A DNA stretch of 64,000 nt from Nitrospirota bacterium (GTDB lineage Bacteria; Nitrospirota; UBA9217). The position numbers were made by a program, and so were the translations under genes. Under the pieces are notes generated by a model that made no database searches, was not told the DNA's origin, and saw only the letters and a list, made by a program, of their open reading frames with translations. Of this stretch, positions 47,791-59,626 are shown one piece after another. The stretch is taken from contig OY760142.1 of NCBI GenBank assembly GCA_963663225.1, positions 1,056,001 to 1,120,000 of the forward strand, given 5' to 3'. Position 1 is the first letter of the stretch; each line of letters opens with the position of its first letter.

Positions 47791-49011
47791 TCAGATGTAT
47801 TCCCCCAGCCACTTCCAGAATTTATTCAATGGTCCGCCGCTTTTAAATGTACGCGGTGTTTCTTCCGTGTTTTCCGCGCCCCACAGAACAAGACCAACGC
47901 CCGTGGCATAGATGGGGCTGTTCACCACGTCCATCAACCCTCCTATGTTTCTCGGGGTGCCCCGTCTGATGGGAAGGCCGAGATACCGCTCGGCAGCGTC
48001 CTGCGCTCCCTCCATAAGAGCCGTCCCGCCCGTAAGCACGACACCCGACGCGAACATGTCTTCGAACCCGGTCTTTTTCAGCCGTTGCTGTACCATGCCG
48101 AAAAGCTCCTCAACGCGCGGCTCAATAATTTCACACAGGATCTGGCGCGAAAGGAGACGGGGAGGCCTGCCTCCCACGCTCGGGACGTCCAGCGTCTCTT
48201 CATGTTTCACCAGCGAGGAGAGCGCACACCCATACTTGACTTTTATTTTTTCCGCTTCTGATGCCGGCGTTCGCAGGCCGATTGCAATGTCGTTCGTCAG
48301 ATGGTTGCCGCCGATGGGCAATACCTCCGTATGCCAGAGGCTGCCTTCCAGGAAAAAGGCCACGTCCGTTGTCCCGCCGCCGATGTCCACAACCACCACG
48401 CCCAGTTCCTGTTCTTCGGCTGTCAGCACTGCCTTGCTCGATGCGAGCGGCTGCAGCACCAGGTCATTCACGGTCAATCCGGCACGCGAGCAGCTTTTAA
48501 TGATGTTCTGTATGGCGGTCACTGCACCGGTGATGATATGGACCTTCACGTCAAGCCTCGTTCCCGACATGCCGAGGGGCTCCTTGATGCCGTCCTGGTC
48601 ATCAATGATGAATTCCTGCGGAAGCACATGCAGAATTTGCTGGTCCATGGGGATGTTTACGGCACGGGCCCCGTCGATGGCACGGGCCACATCAGTCGGC
48701 CCCACCTCTTTGTTCTTGATGGCGGCCACGCCCCGCGAATTAATGCCCTTAATATGACCGCCTGAAATGCCGACAAAAACCGAGTTGATCTCGACGCCCG
48801 CCATAAGCTCGGCCTCGTGCACCGCCTTTTTGATTGATTCGACCGTGCTGTCGATGTTCACCACCACGCCCTTTTTGAGGCCGTGTGAAGGGCTGATGCC
48901 GATCCCGATGATGTCGACCTGCCCGCCGTCTTTTACCATTCCCACAATGGCGCAGACTTTCGTTGTTCCCAGATCCAGGCCCACAATCACATTGTCCATT
49001 TTTTTTGCCAC
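47791..49011 (-). CDS. ftsA: Cell division protein FtsA
   Basis: GLDLGTTK, GLKKGVVVNI, DIGGGTTD, AEKIK..YG, C-terminal amphipathic KFWKWLGEYI. Confidence 0.97.
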   Translation of the reverse strand: MAKKMDNVIVGLDLGTTKVCAIVGMVKDGGQVDIIGIGISPSHGLKKGVVVNIDSTVESIKKAVHEAELMAGVEINSVFVGISGGHIKGINSRGVAAIKNKEVGPTDVARAIDGARAVNIPMDQQILHVLPQEFIIDDQDGIKEPLGMSGTRLDVKVHIITGAVTAIQNIIKSCSRAGLTVNDLVLQPLASSKAVLTAEEQELGVVVVDIGGGTTDVAFFLEGSLWHTEVLPIGGNHLTNDIAIGLRTPASEAEKIKVKYGCALSSLVKHEETLDVPSVGGRPPRLLSRQILCEIIEPRVEELFGMVQQRLKKTGFEDMFASGVVLTGGTALMEGAQDAAERYLGLPIRRGTPRNIGGLMDVVNSPIYATGVGLVLWGAENTEETPRTFKSGGPLNKFWKWLGEYI

Positions 49012-49086
49012 AACACACCCCCGTTAGGAAACCTCTTCCGGCAAAGAGAGCCGGACTGAGAATGGCTCTTCACCCCGCGCTTCGTT

Positions 49087-49983
49087 TTAACTCTTTTTTC
49101 CCCTGCTTTTTACCGTTTTGCTCTTGCTGGATGCGTTTTTCGACAGTACCGCGACCTGCCGGTCGGAGCGAAGATCAACGTAGGCGACCTGCAGGTCGCG
49201 CTGCTTTACGTCCGCCATCACCTCCGACAGCCTGCGGAGTTTTTCCGCGTACCGGGTGCTGCCGATTTTGAATTCATGGTCGGCGTATACAATAGCAAGC
49301 GACTCGGGTGTATTTGCTCTGATATACACATCTTCAAGGCGCCAGCCGCCGTGTCCCGCAATCTCCGATAAAAGCTTTAATGCTTCTCCCAATGCTTCGG
49401 CAGACGCCTGTTCTCCGAATCGCACCCGGCAGTCCCTGATCGCGATAGTGGGGAGCGGCCAAGCTCCTGCCGTTTCCTTTGCATATCGTTCAATGACAAC
49501 TCCCTCGCTGTCTATCAAAAACCGTCCCGCAACGGTTTCCAGAAACGCGTGTGGCGTCCGTTCAGTAACAACCATGCTGACCCTATTCGGCAAACTGCGG
49601 CTGATGCTGACGGATTTAATCCAGGGGTTTGCCTGCGCCCGTCTGACAGCGGCATCAAGGTCCACCCGGAAAATATTTTCTCCGGTAAATGCTCCGGCGA
49701 TTTTTTTCAGTTCGCCTTCGTCGAGCTGTTTTACACCTCTGACGTCCACACCGGCTATCTGGAACAGCTCTGCACGCATGACGGTCCGATATGCCTGCCA
49801 GCCCAGCCAGCTTCCCGCCGCGATGACCACTGCTGCAAGAAGCGCAACCATGACGGTTTTGATTTGGCCGGTCGCAACCCCCTGGCGCGGAGCGGCACGC
49901 CGCACCACAGCGCGTTTTACCGTCACACGATTTCTTGCTGAGCGGTCTCTCCGAGGGACCTTTACGTTTTTATAATCCCGCAT
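49087..49983 (-). CDS. ftsQ: Cell division protein FtsQ/DivIB
   Basis: Basic N-terminus, one TM, POTRA (PWIKSVSISRSLPN...V.ER.P), YVDLR; position in the dcw cluster. Confidence 0.88.
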   Translation of the reverse strand: MRDYKNVKVPRRDRSARNRVTVKRAVVRRAAPRQGVATGQIKTVMVALLAAVVIAAGSWLGWQAYRTVMRAELFQIAGVDVRGVKQLDEGELKKIAGAFTGENIFRVDLDAAVRRAQANPWIKSVSISRSLPNRVSMVVTERTPHAFLETVAGRFLIDSEGVVIERYAKETAGAWPLPTIAIRDCRVRFGEQASAEALGEALKLLSEIAGHGGWRLEDVYIRANTPESLAIVYADHEFKIGSTRYAEKLRRLSEVMADVKQRDLQVAYVDLRSDRQVAVLSKNASSKSKTVKSRGKKS

Positions 49984-50053
49984 GTTCCCTTTCGGATGTT
50001 GGAATCAGGGTAACCGATACCGGTCCTCCCCGGGTCTTCAATACGGAGTGCGA

Positions 50054-50995
50054 TCAACGATTCTCCGCACCCTGCCCAGCTACTGCCAACCGCATAATTT
50101 CCTCCACCAAATCCGGAAACGATATTCCCACGCCTTTTGCTATTTCGGGCAGCAGGCTTGTGGCTGTCATCCCCGGAAGGGTGTTGACTTCAAGAATATA
50201 GGGTGCTCCGGATTCGTCAATAATGAAATCAACCCGGCTGTATCCACGGCAGCCTATCGCGCGGTGCGCGGCAAGGCCTGCTTCGAGCGTCCTCTGGTAT
50301 ACCGAATCCGGTATTCGCGCCGGAAAAAAATGGTCGGACATGCCCTGCTCATATTTAGCCGCATAATCATAAAAAGCGCGCTTCGGAACAATTTCAATTG
50401 CGCCGAGCGCACGGTCTCCGAGAATGCCGACCTGCACTTCCTTGCCTTGTATGAATTTTTCTATCAAAACTTCATCGCCGTATTGAAACGCCAGGTCAAT
50501 CGCCGAAGCAATGTCTTCTTTTTTGAAAACAAGGCTTACTCCGACGCTTGAACCTTCGGCATGCGGTTTAATCACCGCAGGAAATTTCAGTTCAGCGAGC
50601 AGCGCGGGTACCGCTTCTTTCGCGCCTTTATACATCACTTCATACGGGCCCACCAGCAGCCCTTTTGCGCGAAAAATTTCCTTGGAGACGGTCTTGTTCA
50701 TTCCAAGCGCGCTTGCGAGGATGCCGGACCCCGTGTAGGGTATTCCCATGACTTCCAGCATGCCCTGGATAGCGCCGTCCTCGCCGAATTTTCCGTGCAA
50801 TGCGATAAAGGCCGCATCAATCCCGCTGGCGTGGATCTTTTCGGCAGCATCCCTGCCGATATCGATGGAAACGACATAATGCCCTTTTTCCTGCAACGCG
50901 TTCAAAATGGCAGTTCCACTGGCGAGCGATACGGTTCGCTCGGATGACAGACCGCCCATCAATACGCCGATTTTCCTATTTGCCAATATCTTCAT
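50054..50995 (-). CDS. ddl: D-alanine-D-alanine ligase
   Basis: GG.SSER.VSL.SG, LHG..GEDG.IQG, EGSSVG, YDYAAKY, EVNTLPGMT. Confidence 0.97.
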   Translation of the reverse strand: MKILANRKIGVLMGGLSSERTVSLASGTAILNALQEKGHYVVSIDIGRDAAEKIHASGIDAAFIALHGKFGEDGAIQGMLEVMGIPYTGSGILASALGMNKTVSKEIFRAKGLLVGPYEVMYKGAKEAVPALLAELKFPAVIKPHAEGSSVGVSLVFKKEDIASAIDLAFQYGDEVLIEKFIQGKEVQVGILGDRALGAIEIVPKRAFYDYAAKYEQGMSDHFFPARIPDSVYQRTLEAGLAAHRAIGCRGYSRVDFIIDESGAPYILEVNTLPGMTATSLLPEIAKGVGISFPDLVEEIMRLAVAGQGAENR

Positions 50996-51030
50996 GAGAA
51001 TCCTTTTCGCAGCTGGTAAATGCTCCGTTT

Positions 51031-51939
51031 CTAATCTTCTCCGATGATTTTTATCTCCGGTTCAAGCCGCACTCCATGGACATCCAGAACCGCCTGCTTT
51101 ACGATGTCCATCAAGGCAAGCACGTCGGAGGCCCGCGCAGCGCCCGTCGTCACGATGAAATTCGCGTGCTTGTCCGAAACCTGAGCGCCGCCCACCGTTC
51201 TGCCTTTGAGCCCCGCCAATTCGATCAGTCTGCCTGCGGACTGTTCGGCGGGATTTTTGAACACGGACCCGGCGTTGGGATATCCCTGGGGCTGTCGCTG
51301 TTTCCTTGTTGTGAGAAGCTCCAGTACGCGCGCGCCGACTTTTTCCCGATGACCGCGTCGCAGGATCAGCCGTGCCGCCAGCACAATCCATCCTTCCTGC
51401 ACTGAAGAGGTTCGGTATCCGAAACCCAGTTCGTCCCCTCCTTTGGTCAGCACTCCTTCCTCGGGTGAGAGGAGGGTCACCGATTCGGTAATATCGCCGA
51501 TTTCTCCGAGCGCGGTGCCTGCATTCATCCTGATGGCGCCTCCGACCGTGCCCGGTATGCCGGCGGCAAATTCAAGCCCTGCATAACCCTTTTCAACCGC
51601 AACCGCAAGGAGCTTTGCCATCAGTGCGCCGGCTTCCGCGGAGATGAGCGCAAAACTCCCGCCGATTGAACGATACTCCCGCTCTATAGCGACCGCATTC
51701 AATCGTTTGAGACTGATCACCGCTCCCCGGTAACCGCCGTCCCGCACAAGAAGATTGGTCCCGCTGCCGAGGATAAAATATTTCAGGTTCTGCTCCTTGA
51801 TGCTTTTCAACAGCACCAGGAGGTCTTCACGGTCGTCCGGACACGCAAAAAAGTCCGCCGGACCGCCGATTTTAAACGAAGTGTGGCGGCTCATCGGTTC
51901 GTTTTTGCGCAGCTCTCCTTTTATATCAAGGATGGCCAT
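51031..51939 (-). CDS. murB: UDP-N-acetylenolpyruvoylglucosamine reductase
   Basis: [50 protein letters not shown]. Confidence 0.96.
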   Translation of the reverse strand: MAILDIKGELRKNEPMSRHTSFKIGGPADFFACPDDREDLLVLLKSIKEQNLKYFILGSGTNLLVRDGGYRGAVISLKRLNAVAIEREYRSIGGSFALISAEAGALMAKLLAVAVEKGYAGLEFAAGIPGTVGGAIRMNAGTALGEIGDITESVTLLSPEEGVLTKGGDELGFGYRTSSVQEGWIVLAARLILRRGHREKVGARVLELLTTRKQRQPQGYPNAGSVFKNPAEQSAGRLIELAGLKGRTVGGAQVSDKHANFIVTTGAARASDVLALMDIVKQAVLDVHGVRLEPEIKIIGED

Positions 51940-53305
51940 GTTTCAGTTTCTCCAGAACCTGTTCGCCGATTTTCCAGACGTCCCCCGCCCCCAGCGTCAG
52001 CAGGAGGTCGCCTTTTTTGACCGCACCAACCAGATACTCGACGACCGCTCCCCGATCAGGCATAAAAAGAACGTCCTTGTGTCCGTATTTTTTTATCCCT
52101 TCATAGAGTGCCTGCCCTGACACGCCGGGAATCGGCTTTTCACCCGCAGCATAGATGTCCAGAAGAATGACCTTGTCGGCCTGATTGAACGAGGTAAAAA
52201 AATCCTTGAACAGATGCTGCGTCCTTGTGTACCGATGGGGCTGGAACACGACCACAACCCTGCGGTCCATGCCGGACGCTGCCGCTGCAAGAGTCGCCTT
52301 TATCTCCGTGGGATGGTGACCGTAGTCGTCCACCACGGTCACGCCGTTCGCTTCACCCTTGATCTGGAACCGCCGCTGCACTCCGCTGAACTCCCTGATG
52401 GCCTTGCGGATGACTTCAAGATCGACGTCCAGTTCCCGTGCCACGGCAATCGCGGCAAGGCTGTTGTTGATGTTGTGAACACCGGGGACGGAAAGTTCAA
52501 ACAGCCCAAGTTCGGCGCCATGATGCACGACTTTGAATGTCGACCCCAGCCCGTGCAGCACGACGTCCCGCGCCTGATAATCCGCCTGCGAACTCATGCC
52601 GTACGTTTGATAGCGTTTTTGTATCTGCGGTATGAGCGATTGTATATGGGGCTGGTCAAGGCACAGAACCGACACGCCGTAGAACGGCACTTTATTGACA
52701 AACGTGAGAAATGCCTGCTTGATTTCGTCGATGTCCTTGTAATAATCGAGATGTTCCTCGTCGATGGTCGTCACCACCGCAATCGTCGGTGACAGTTTGA
52801 GGAAACTCCCGTCGCTTTCATCAGCTTCAGCAACAAGAAACTCACCCTGGCCGAGTTTGGCGTTTGTTCCCAGACTGTTGAGCTTGCCGCCGATCACAAC
52901 GGTGGGGTCGATGCCGCCTGCCGCAAGCACCGTGGCAACCAGCGAGGTCGTTGTGGTTTTTCCGTGCGCTCCGGCAATGGCCACGCCGTATTTAAGCCGC
53001 ATCAGCTCGGCAAGCATCTCGGCCCGCGGAATCACCGGGATCTGTTTCTCTCTCGCCGCGACCACCTCAACGTTTTCTCTGGTGACTGCAGACGAAATCA
53101 CCACAACATGGGGGGACGTAATATTCGCTGCGTTGTGGCCGGTGGTTATCACACCGCCCAGTTTTCTGAGCCGCTCGGTGGTGTCCGACTCTTTCATGTC
53201 CGAGCCCGAGACCCTGTATCCGAGGTTCAGAAGCACTTCGGCAATGCCGCTCATCCCGATGCCGCCGATGCCTACAAAATGAATATGTTTAATTTTTTCG
53301 AACAT
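51926..53305 (-). CDS. murC: UDP-N-acetylmuramate-L-alanine ligase
   Basis: [47 protein letters not shown]. Confidence 0.97.
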   Translation of the reverse strand: MFEKIKHIHFVGIGGIGMSGIAEVLLNLGYRVSGSDMKESDTTERLRKLGGVITTGHNAANITSPHVVVISSAVTRENVEVVAAREKQIPVIPRAEMLAELMRLKYGVAIAGAHGKTTTTSLVATVLAAGGIDPTVVIGGKLNSLGTNAKLGQGEFLVAEADESDGSFLKLSPTIAVVTTIDEEHLDYYKDIDEIKQAFLTFVNKVPFYGVSVLCLDQPHIQSLIPQIQKRYQTYGMSSQADYQARDVVLHGLGSTFKVVHHGAELGLFELSVPGVHNINNSLAAIAVARELDVDLEVIRKAIREFSGVQRRFQIKGEANGVTVVDDYGHHPTEIKATLAAAASGMDRRVVVVFQPHRYTRTQHLFKDFFTSFNQADKVILLDIYAAGEKPIPGVSGQALYEGIKKYGHKDVLFMPDRGAVVEYLVGAVKKGDLLLTLGAGDVWKIGEQVLEKLKHGHP

Positions 53306-54371
53306 AGTTTTTACAGATTTTTACAATCTCCTCCGTGGCCGTATTTTTCATACGGGGTATATTAGAATCGAACGTCCTCTGCGCAGCTTGTTTTTTTATT
53401 ATCTCCGCCAGCAGGCCACCGGTCAAATCTTTTTGGATAACGACGTCCGCAGCACCGAAATCAGCCAGGGCTCGCGCATTATACTCCTGATGATTGTCCG
53501 CGGCAAAAGGGAAAGGGATCAACACCGCCCGCTTGCCGCAAACCGCAAGTTCTGCAACACTGGTGGCGCCGGAGCGGGAGACCACAATATCCGCTGCGGC
53601 ATATGCACCTGCCATATCCTCAATATACGGCACTACCACTGCACGTATCCCGGCCTCTCGATAGCCGGTTGTTACCTCCTCCACGTCATGCGGACCGGTC
53701 TGGTGAAGCACCTGCAATCCTCGCATGTCCTTCAGAACAACCGCAGCCTGCTTCATCGCCGTGTTAATCGCATGTGCGCCGCCGCTCCCGCCCATGACAA
53801 AAACGGTGAACGTTCCCGGCTCCAGGCCAAAGCCTTCACGAGCCTTGCCGCGGTCACCCGTTTCAATCCCTTTTCTGACCAGCGGCCCGAGCACAACTGT
53901 TTTCCGGGGGGAGAAAAATTTCTGCGCACCGGTACCGGGAAAACAGAGCACAACCTTGTCTGCAAATATTCCCAGTTTTCTGTTCGCAAGCCCTGCGTAA
54001 GAATTCGGCTCGATGATAACCAGGGGCACGCCGAGAACCAGTGCCGCCGCTCCTACTGGCGCGGAAGCATAGCCGCCGACGCCCAGCACTACGTCCGGCC
54101 GCGTCTCACGCAGGAGGCGCAGGGACTGAAAAAGGCCCAGCGGCAATGCCGCGACCGTCTTCAACGCGGAAACCAGATTCATGCCTTTCAGTTTTCCCGC
54201 GCTGATAAATCTGACCTGCAGCCCTTCCTTCGGGAGCACCCGCGCTTCGATTCCCTGACTCGTACCGACAAAAAGAACTTCATTGCTTTTTTCCCGAAGC
54301 AGTTCGCGTGCGACAGCAATGCCGGGATACAGATGCCCGCCCGTTCCACCGCCTGCAATTAAGACCCGCAT
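53289..54371 (-). CDS. murG: Lipid II GlcNAc transferase
   Basis: [34 protein letters not shown]. Confidence 0.96.
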   Translation of the reverse strand: MRVLIAGGGTGGHLYPGIAVARELLREKSNEVLFVGTSQGIEARVLPKEGLQVRFISAGKLKGMNLVSALKTVAALPLGLFQSLRLLRETRPDVVLGVGGYASAPVGAAALVLGVPLVIIEPNSYAGLANRKLGIFADKVVLCFPGTGAQKFFSPRKTVVLGPLVRKGIETGDRGKAREGFGLEPGTFTVFVMGGSGGAHAINTAMKQAAVVLKDMRGLQVLHQTGPHDVEEVTTGYREAGIRAVVVPYIEDMAGAYAAADIVVSRSGATSVAELAVCGKRAVLIPFPFAADNHQEYNARALADFGAADVVIQKDLTGGLLAEIIKKQAAQRTFDSNIPRMKNTATEEIVKICKNYVRKN

Positions 54372-54482
54372 TGACAAAACCTCATGGTGTCCGCTGTTCT
54401 GTTAAGACTATCCATCCTGCAAAGGCGTTCGCTCTGCAACTCATCACGACGCATCTTTCCGGCGGTTTCCGAGGCGGGACCA

Positions 54483-55595
54483 TCAGCCTGATTCCTTCGA
54501 AATATTCAGCAACACGCCCATTGCCCCCATCGTAATAACCAGCGATGAACCGCCGTAACTGACAAGCGGAAGCGCGATCCCTTTCGTGGGCAGGAGTCCG
54601 GTCACGACGCCCATATTGATCATGCCCTGCAAACAGACGAGCAGCGTAATGCCGAGGGCCAGCATGCGGCTGAATTGCTCATTTGCAGAAAGCGCGATCT
54701 GCAGACCCCGCCACAGGATAATAAGGAACAAGAAAAGCACGGCAAGCGCGCCGATCAATCCCAGCTCTTCTCCAATTACGGCATAAATAAAATCGGAATG
54801 TCGTTCGGGCAGAAACAGCAGTTTTTGCCTTCCTTCACCCAGACCGCGTCCGAAGATGCCGCCGCTGCCGAAAGCCAGGAACGATTGAATAATCTGATGC
54901 CCCGCACCCTGCGGGTCGGCCCAGGGGTCAAGATACGAAAAAATCCTGCGCAGTCGATAGGGGCTGTGCACCACGGCAAGATATACTACGGGAAGCGCCG
55001 CCAGCACCGTACCGCCAAGATGCAACAAGTTTGCCCCTCCTACGAACAGCATCACCGCGGTCACACCTGCAATTGTCATGGCCGTTCCAAAGTCCGGCTG
55101 CAGCGCAGCCACACCCAGAAAAATGCCCGACACCACGTACGCCGGCAGCAGGCCGTTCATAAAATCACGCAGGCGGTCGCCTTTTTTCGCTATGTAGTAA
55201 CTCATATAGACGACCATGGCGAACTTCGCAAACTCCGACGGCTGAAACGAATGCATGCCGTACCGCAGCCATCGGCGAGATCCATTCACCATCTTGCCGA
55301 TGCCGGGAACAAGCGTCGCTACAAACAGAAGCAGCGCGATGACGAGCAGCGCGATAACAACCCGCCGGTCCGCCAGCACACGATGATCGACCCGCATGGC
55401 GATTGCCAGAAGAACAAGGCCCGCAAACGCCCACAGGATTTGCCGTTTCATAAAATATGTCGGATCATCGTAGGTCGTCAGGGCAACAACACTGCTTGAG
55501 CTGTAGACCATGACCACACTGATGACCAGAAGCGCCAAAACGGCAAAGAGCAGAATTCTGTCATAGTGTTTCGAATATTGCATTCCGTTCTGCAA
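54483..55595 (-). CDS. ftsW: SEDS peptidoglycan polymerase FtsW
   Basis: VYSSS, RRW, QPSEFAK, QPDFG, LPE.HSDFI, PTKG..LP.VSYGGSS. Confidence 0.95.
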   Translation of the reverse strand: MQNGMQYSKHYDRILLFAVLALLVISVVMVYSSSSVVALTTYDDPTYFMKRQILWAFAGLVLLAIAMRVDHRVLADRRVVIALLVIALLLFVATLVPGIGKMVNGSRRWLRYGMHSFQPSEFAKFAMVVYMSYYIAKKGDRLRDFMNGLLPAYVVSGIFLGVAALQPDFGTAMTIAGVTAVMLFVGGANLLHLGGTVLAALPVVYLAVVHSPYRLRRIFSYLDPWADPQGAGHQIIQSFLAFGSGGIFGRGLGEGRQKLLFLPERHSDFIYAVIGEELGLIGALAVLFLFLIILWRGLQIALSANEQFSRMLALGITLLVCLQGMINMGVVTGLLPTKGIALPLVSYGGSSLVITMGAMGVLLNISKESG

Positions 55596-55660
55596 TAACC
55601 TTGTCCTCGTCGCCGGATCGCACGGCAGGGAGCCGAACCCGACCGGCGCCCGTCGTTTTC

Positions 55661-56995
55661 TTACAACGCTCTTACCGCTTCTTTAAACTTTCGTCCCCGG
55701 TCTTCAAAGTCCTTAAACATGTCGAAGCTTGCACAGGCCGGAGAAAGGAGCACCACGTCACCGCCGGCGGACCGTATTGATGCCAGCCGCACAGCTTCCT
55801 GCAGCGTCGGTGCATACAGGGTCTCGGTTGCCGTGCCGAGCGCCTGCCCCATTTTATTGGCTGCCTTGCCGATCAGAATCAACAGTTTTACTTTCTGTCT
55901 GAACAAATCATACAATGGTTTAAAGTCACTGCCCTTGTCCAATCCGCCGGCAATCAGCACGACCGGCCGTGTGAACCCCTCCACGGATTTTATGACAGCC
56001 CCCACATTCGTTCCCTTGGAATCGTTGATGTAGGTAACACCGTCTTTCTCCCGGACAAATTCCAGCCGGTGTTCAAGGCCTGAAAATTCCCGCAGCACCG
56101 CGGCCACGGATTCGATATCTGCGCCCGCGCAGAGAGACAGGGCAGCAGCGGCCAGGGCATTCTCCAGGTTGTGCACACCCTGGATCCGTATTTCATCAAC
56201 CCGGCAGATTCGCTTCCCATTATAGGTGAGGAAGCCTTCGTGCACACACGCCCCGGGGTTAAAACGAAGCGTACGAGAGAAGGGAATGACCGTGGCCCCG
56301 GTCCGATGCACGTAGGATTTTACCAGGGGGTCGTCGAAATTCAGCACGAGAATGTCCCGCTTCCGCTGATTCATGAATATTCTGGCCTTTGCTTCACCGT
56401 ATTCGTCAATCGTGTGATACCGGTCGAGATGATCCTGCGTGATGTTCAGAATCGTTGCAACGCGGGGCCGGAAGGTCTCAATGTCTTCAAGCTGAAAACT
56501 GGACAGCTCTGCGACTATCCAGTCGCGGTTTTTGAGCAGCGCCAGGTCCTCGGTCAGCGCATTTCCGATATTGCCTGCAACGAGCACCTTCTTTTTCGCC
56601 TTTGCGAGCATCAGCCCCACAAGGGTCGTGACAGTGGATTTTCCGTTTGTTCCCGTTATTCCCACGTACGGCGCATCAGAAAGCAGCCATGCGAGCTCCA
56701 GTTCGCTGATTATTTTTACCCCCCGGCGTTGTGCCTCTTGAATCTGGGGAATTTTAGGGACTCCCGGGCTTAAAAGAATCAAATCCGCCTCGCTGAAAAT
56801 CCGCGCGGGATGGCCGCCGGCTTCCAGACGGACACTGCCCGGCAGTGTCCGCACCAGCGCACTGAGTTCCTCCAGAGGTTTCTTGTCCGTCGCTGTCACC
56901 TGGGCGCCGAGGGCATGAAGCGCACGCGCTGCCGCAACACCGCTCCGCCCCAATCCGACAACGGTAACTTGTTTCCCTTTAAAATCGGTTTTCAT
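55661..56995 (-). CDS. murD: UDP-MurNAc-L-Ala-D-glutamate ligase
   Basis: GLGRSG, SPGVP, TGTNGKST, ELSSFQL, NDSKGTN, SPACASFDMF. Confidence 0.97.
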   Translation of the reverse strand: MKTDFKGKQVTVVGLGRSGVAAARALHALGAQVTATDKKPLEELSALVRTLPGSVRLEAGGHPARIFSEADLILLSPGVPKIPQIQEAQRRGVKIISELELAWLLSDAPYVGITGTNGKSTVTTLVGLMLAKAKKKVLVAGNIGNALTEDLALLKNRDWIVAELSSFQLEDIETFRPRVATILNITQDHLDRYHTIDEYGEAKARIFMNQRKRDILVLNFDDPLVKSYVHRTGATVIPFSRTLRFNPGACVHEGFLTYNGKRICRVDEIRIQGVHNLENALAAAALSLCAGADIESVAAVLREFSGLEHRLEFVREKDGVTYINDSKGTNVGAVIKSVEGFTRPVVLIAGGLDKGSDFKPLYDLFRQKVKLLILIGKAANKMGQALGTATETLYAPTLQEAVRLASIRSAGGDVVLLSPACASFDMFKDFEDRGRKFKEAVRAL

Positions 56996-57094
56996 GGTGA
57001 TTCCTGCCTCCTCCCGTGTTGCTCTGACACGATCATGAAGCATTCCGACAGTCTGCCCGTCTGCCCGCTGCGTCTCATGATACGGAAAATCATG

Positions 57095-58177
57095 TTATCT
57101 CAACTTCAGCGAACCGATCGAAATCAGGGCCAAAATAATGCCGACTATCCAGAATCGCACAACAACCTTTGATTCCGGCCACCCAATCTGCTCAAAGTGG
57201 TGATGTATAGGCGCCATTTTAAAAATGCGTTTGCCGGTCAGTTTGTAGGAAGCGACCTGCAACATCACGGATATTGCTTCCACCACAAATATGCCGCCCA
57301 CAATAATCAGAATAAGTTCATGTTTCGTCACCAGCGCAAGAGCACCGAGAGCGCCGCCCAGGGAAAGCGACCCCGTGTCCCCCATGAACACTTCCGCGGG
57401 GTGGGTGTTGTACCAAAGGAATCCGAGGCATGTTCCCAAAATTGCGCCGCAGAACACGGTGAGCTCTCCGCTTCCGAGAATATACGGAATGTTAAGATAT
57501 TCGGCGATCACCCTGTTGCCGCCGAGATATACGATAACGGCATTGGCTATGGCGGCGATGCTTACCAGCCCCGTCGCAAGTCCGTCCAATCCGTCCGTAA
57601 GATTTACCGCATTGGATGATCCCACCATGACAACCACGGCGAACGGAATATAGAACCATCCAAGATCGATAATCAGCCTCTTTACGAACGGCACCGTAAG
57701 ACGAGCCGCATTCTGGTCTCCCGAAAAATAATAAAGGAATAAACCGATCAACAATGATGCGGCAATCTGCAGTCCGAATTTTTCCTTGGCGCGAAGTCCC
57801 AGGGACTGTTTTTTTACCACTTTCAGATAGTCATCCCAAAACCCGATACCTCCGAAGGCGAGCGTTGCAAACAGCACCACCCATACGTATTTGTTCGAAA
57901 GATCCGACCAAAGAAGAACAGAGCTTACGAGTGCCATGATGATCAGAAGGCCGCCCATGGTCGGCGTACCCTGCTTGGACAAATGCGTCTGGGGTCCGTC
58001 ATCCCGAACATGCTGTCCCACCTTCAACCGCCGAAGCCAGGCAATCATCGCCGGACCGAATACAATGCAGATAATCAGCGCCGTCAGGGCCGCTCCAGCG
58101 CTGCGGAACGTGATATATTTGAAGACATAGAAGCCCGAAAACTTGGAGTACAGCGGATACAGCAGGTGGTAAAGCAT
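57095..58177 (-). CDS. mraY: Phospho-MurNAc-pentapeptide transferase
   Basis: KQGTPTMGG, DDY.K, NAVNLTDGLDGLA, FMGDTGS, MAPIHHHFE. Confidence 0.97.
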   Translation of the reverse strand: MLYHLLYPLYSKFSGFYVFKYITFRSAGAALTALIICIVFGPAMIAWLRRLKVGQHVRDDGPQTHLSKQGTPTMGGLLIIMALVSSVLLWSDLSNKYVWVVLFATLAFGGIGFWDDYLKVVKKQSLGLRAKEKFGLQIAASLLIGLFLYYFSGDQNAARLTVPFVKRLIIDLGWFYIPFAVVVMVGSSNAVNLTDGLDGLATGLVSIAAIANAVIVYLGGNRVIAEYLNIPYILGSGELTVFCGAILGTCLGFLWYNTHPAEVFMGDTGSLSLGGALGALALVTKHELILIIVGGIFVVEAISVMLQVASYKLTGKRIFKMAPIHHHFEQIGWPESKVVVRFWIVGIILALISIGSLKLR

Positions 58178-59544
58178 CAGAACTCCTCCAAAATTTTTTC
58201 CATCTTCATGCCGCGGGAGCCTTTGATCAGCACGGCATCGCCCGACCGGGACTGTTCACGCAAGAGTGCAGCTGCTTCCTCATGTGTTTTGACTGCAAAG
58301 ACTTTCGTCTCCGTCATTCCGGCTTCGACCGCTCCCCGGAGTATATCCTTGGCATAATCGCCCAGGACAATTATGCGGTCGACGCCCATCCGCGCTGCGG
58401 TCCGCCCCACTTTCCGGTGCTCCTCTCCGGAGGAGGCGCCGAGCTCAAGCATATCACCGAGCACGGCAACGGTTTTTGCTCCCCGTTTCAAATCCACCAG
58501 GGCTGCAAGCGCCGCCTCCATGGAAGCGGGATTGGCATTATAATAATCCGCGAGCACGGTCCGGCCCTGCAACTGCCTTATTTCCGAACGCATCGCAACA
58601 GACGCAAAATTATCAAGCCCGTGCTTTACCGCATCAAGCGGCAATCCTGCCGCGAGCGACGCGGCTGCCGCCGCGAGCGCGTTGTACACATTGTGTTTTC
58701 CCACGCTTCTGAGGCAAATTTCCGTACTACAGCCGTGCGCGGTCAGAGTAAATTCCAGACCCTCGGAAGTATGCCGGATCCCGGACGCCCGGACATCTGC
58801 TGCAGTGTCTATTCCAAACGTCGTAATGAGGCCGCTGAACTTCTTTTTCAGAACTCCGCAGTATGCATCATCAGCATTCAGCGCCGCGGTCCCTCCGGGC
58901 CGGATGTGGTCAAGCAGTTCGCCTTTCGCCTGCGCTATGCCGTCCTGACTTTCGAAAAACTCCAGATGAGCCGGTCCGATATTCGTAATGACTCCCACCG
59001 TGGGGCTGACCAGCCGGGCAAGAACTGCAATTTCTCCCGGAGCGCTCATGCCCATTTCAACAGCCGCCGCCTTGTGGGTGTCGTTCATTCTGAGAAGCGT
59101 CAGGGGCACGCCGATGTGATTATTCAGGTTCCCTTCGTTTTTCAGCACCGCTCCCCGCACGGTCAGAATTTCTGCGAGCATTTCCTTTGTTGTCGTCTTT
59201 CCGTTCGAACCGGTAATACCGACCACCGGTATGGAAAATTTTTTCCGGTGAAGATACGACATCTTCTGAAGCGCGGAAAGCGTATCGCCGACAGGCAGAA
59301 TGTTCTTATGTCCGCCGAGATTTTCAGAGTTTTTTTCGACGGCATCCCGGTTCACCAGCGCCCCCCACGCGCCTTTTTTTATTGCAGTGGAAATGAACCC
59401 GTGGCCGTCGAACCGTGGCCCTTTCAGAGCAACGAATAATTCGCCCTTCTTAATGGTTCTCGAATCTATGGATACCCCTGTGATCTCCATCCCGGAGATC
59501 CTCCTCAGGACATCTTCGAGAATTTTTTCTTCTGATCCACTCAT
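58177..59544 (-). CDS. murF: UDP-MurNAc-tripeptide-D-Ala-D-Ala ligase
   Basis: IDSR, FDGH.F, TGSNGKTTTKE, N.NNHIGVP, D.YNANP.SM, KGSRGM.ME; exact start uncertain. Confidence 0.94.
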   Translation of the reverse strand: MSGSEEKILEDVLRRISGMEITGVSIDSRTIKKGELFVALKGPRFDGHGFISTAIKKGAWGALVNRDAVEKNSENLGGHKNILPVGDTLSALQKMSYLHRKKFSIPVVGITGSNGKTTTKEMLAEILTVRGAVLKNEGNLNNHIGVPLTLLRMNDTHKAAAVEMGMSAPGEIAVLARLVSPTVGVITNIGPAHLEFFESQDGIAQAKGELLDHIRPGGTAALNADDAYCGVLKKKFSGLITTFGIDTAADVRASGIRHTSEGLEFTLTAHGCSTEICLRSVGKHNVYNALAAAAASLAAGLPLDAVKHGLDNFASVAMRSEIRQLQGRTVLADYYNANPASMEAALAALVDLKRGAKTVAVLGDMLELGASSGEEHRKVGRTAARMGVDRIIVLGDYAKDILRGAVEAGMTETKVFAVKTHEEAAALLREQSRSGDAVLIKGSRGMKMEKILEEF

Positions 59545-59626
59545 GGTTATATGCACTTCCAGCACGGATAACTCTTTTCTGCCGGAGATGTCTGTATTTT
59601 TTTTAATCACGCATTCAATATGCGCA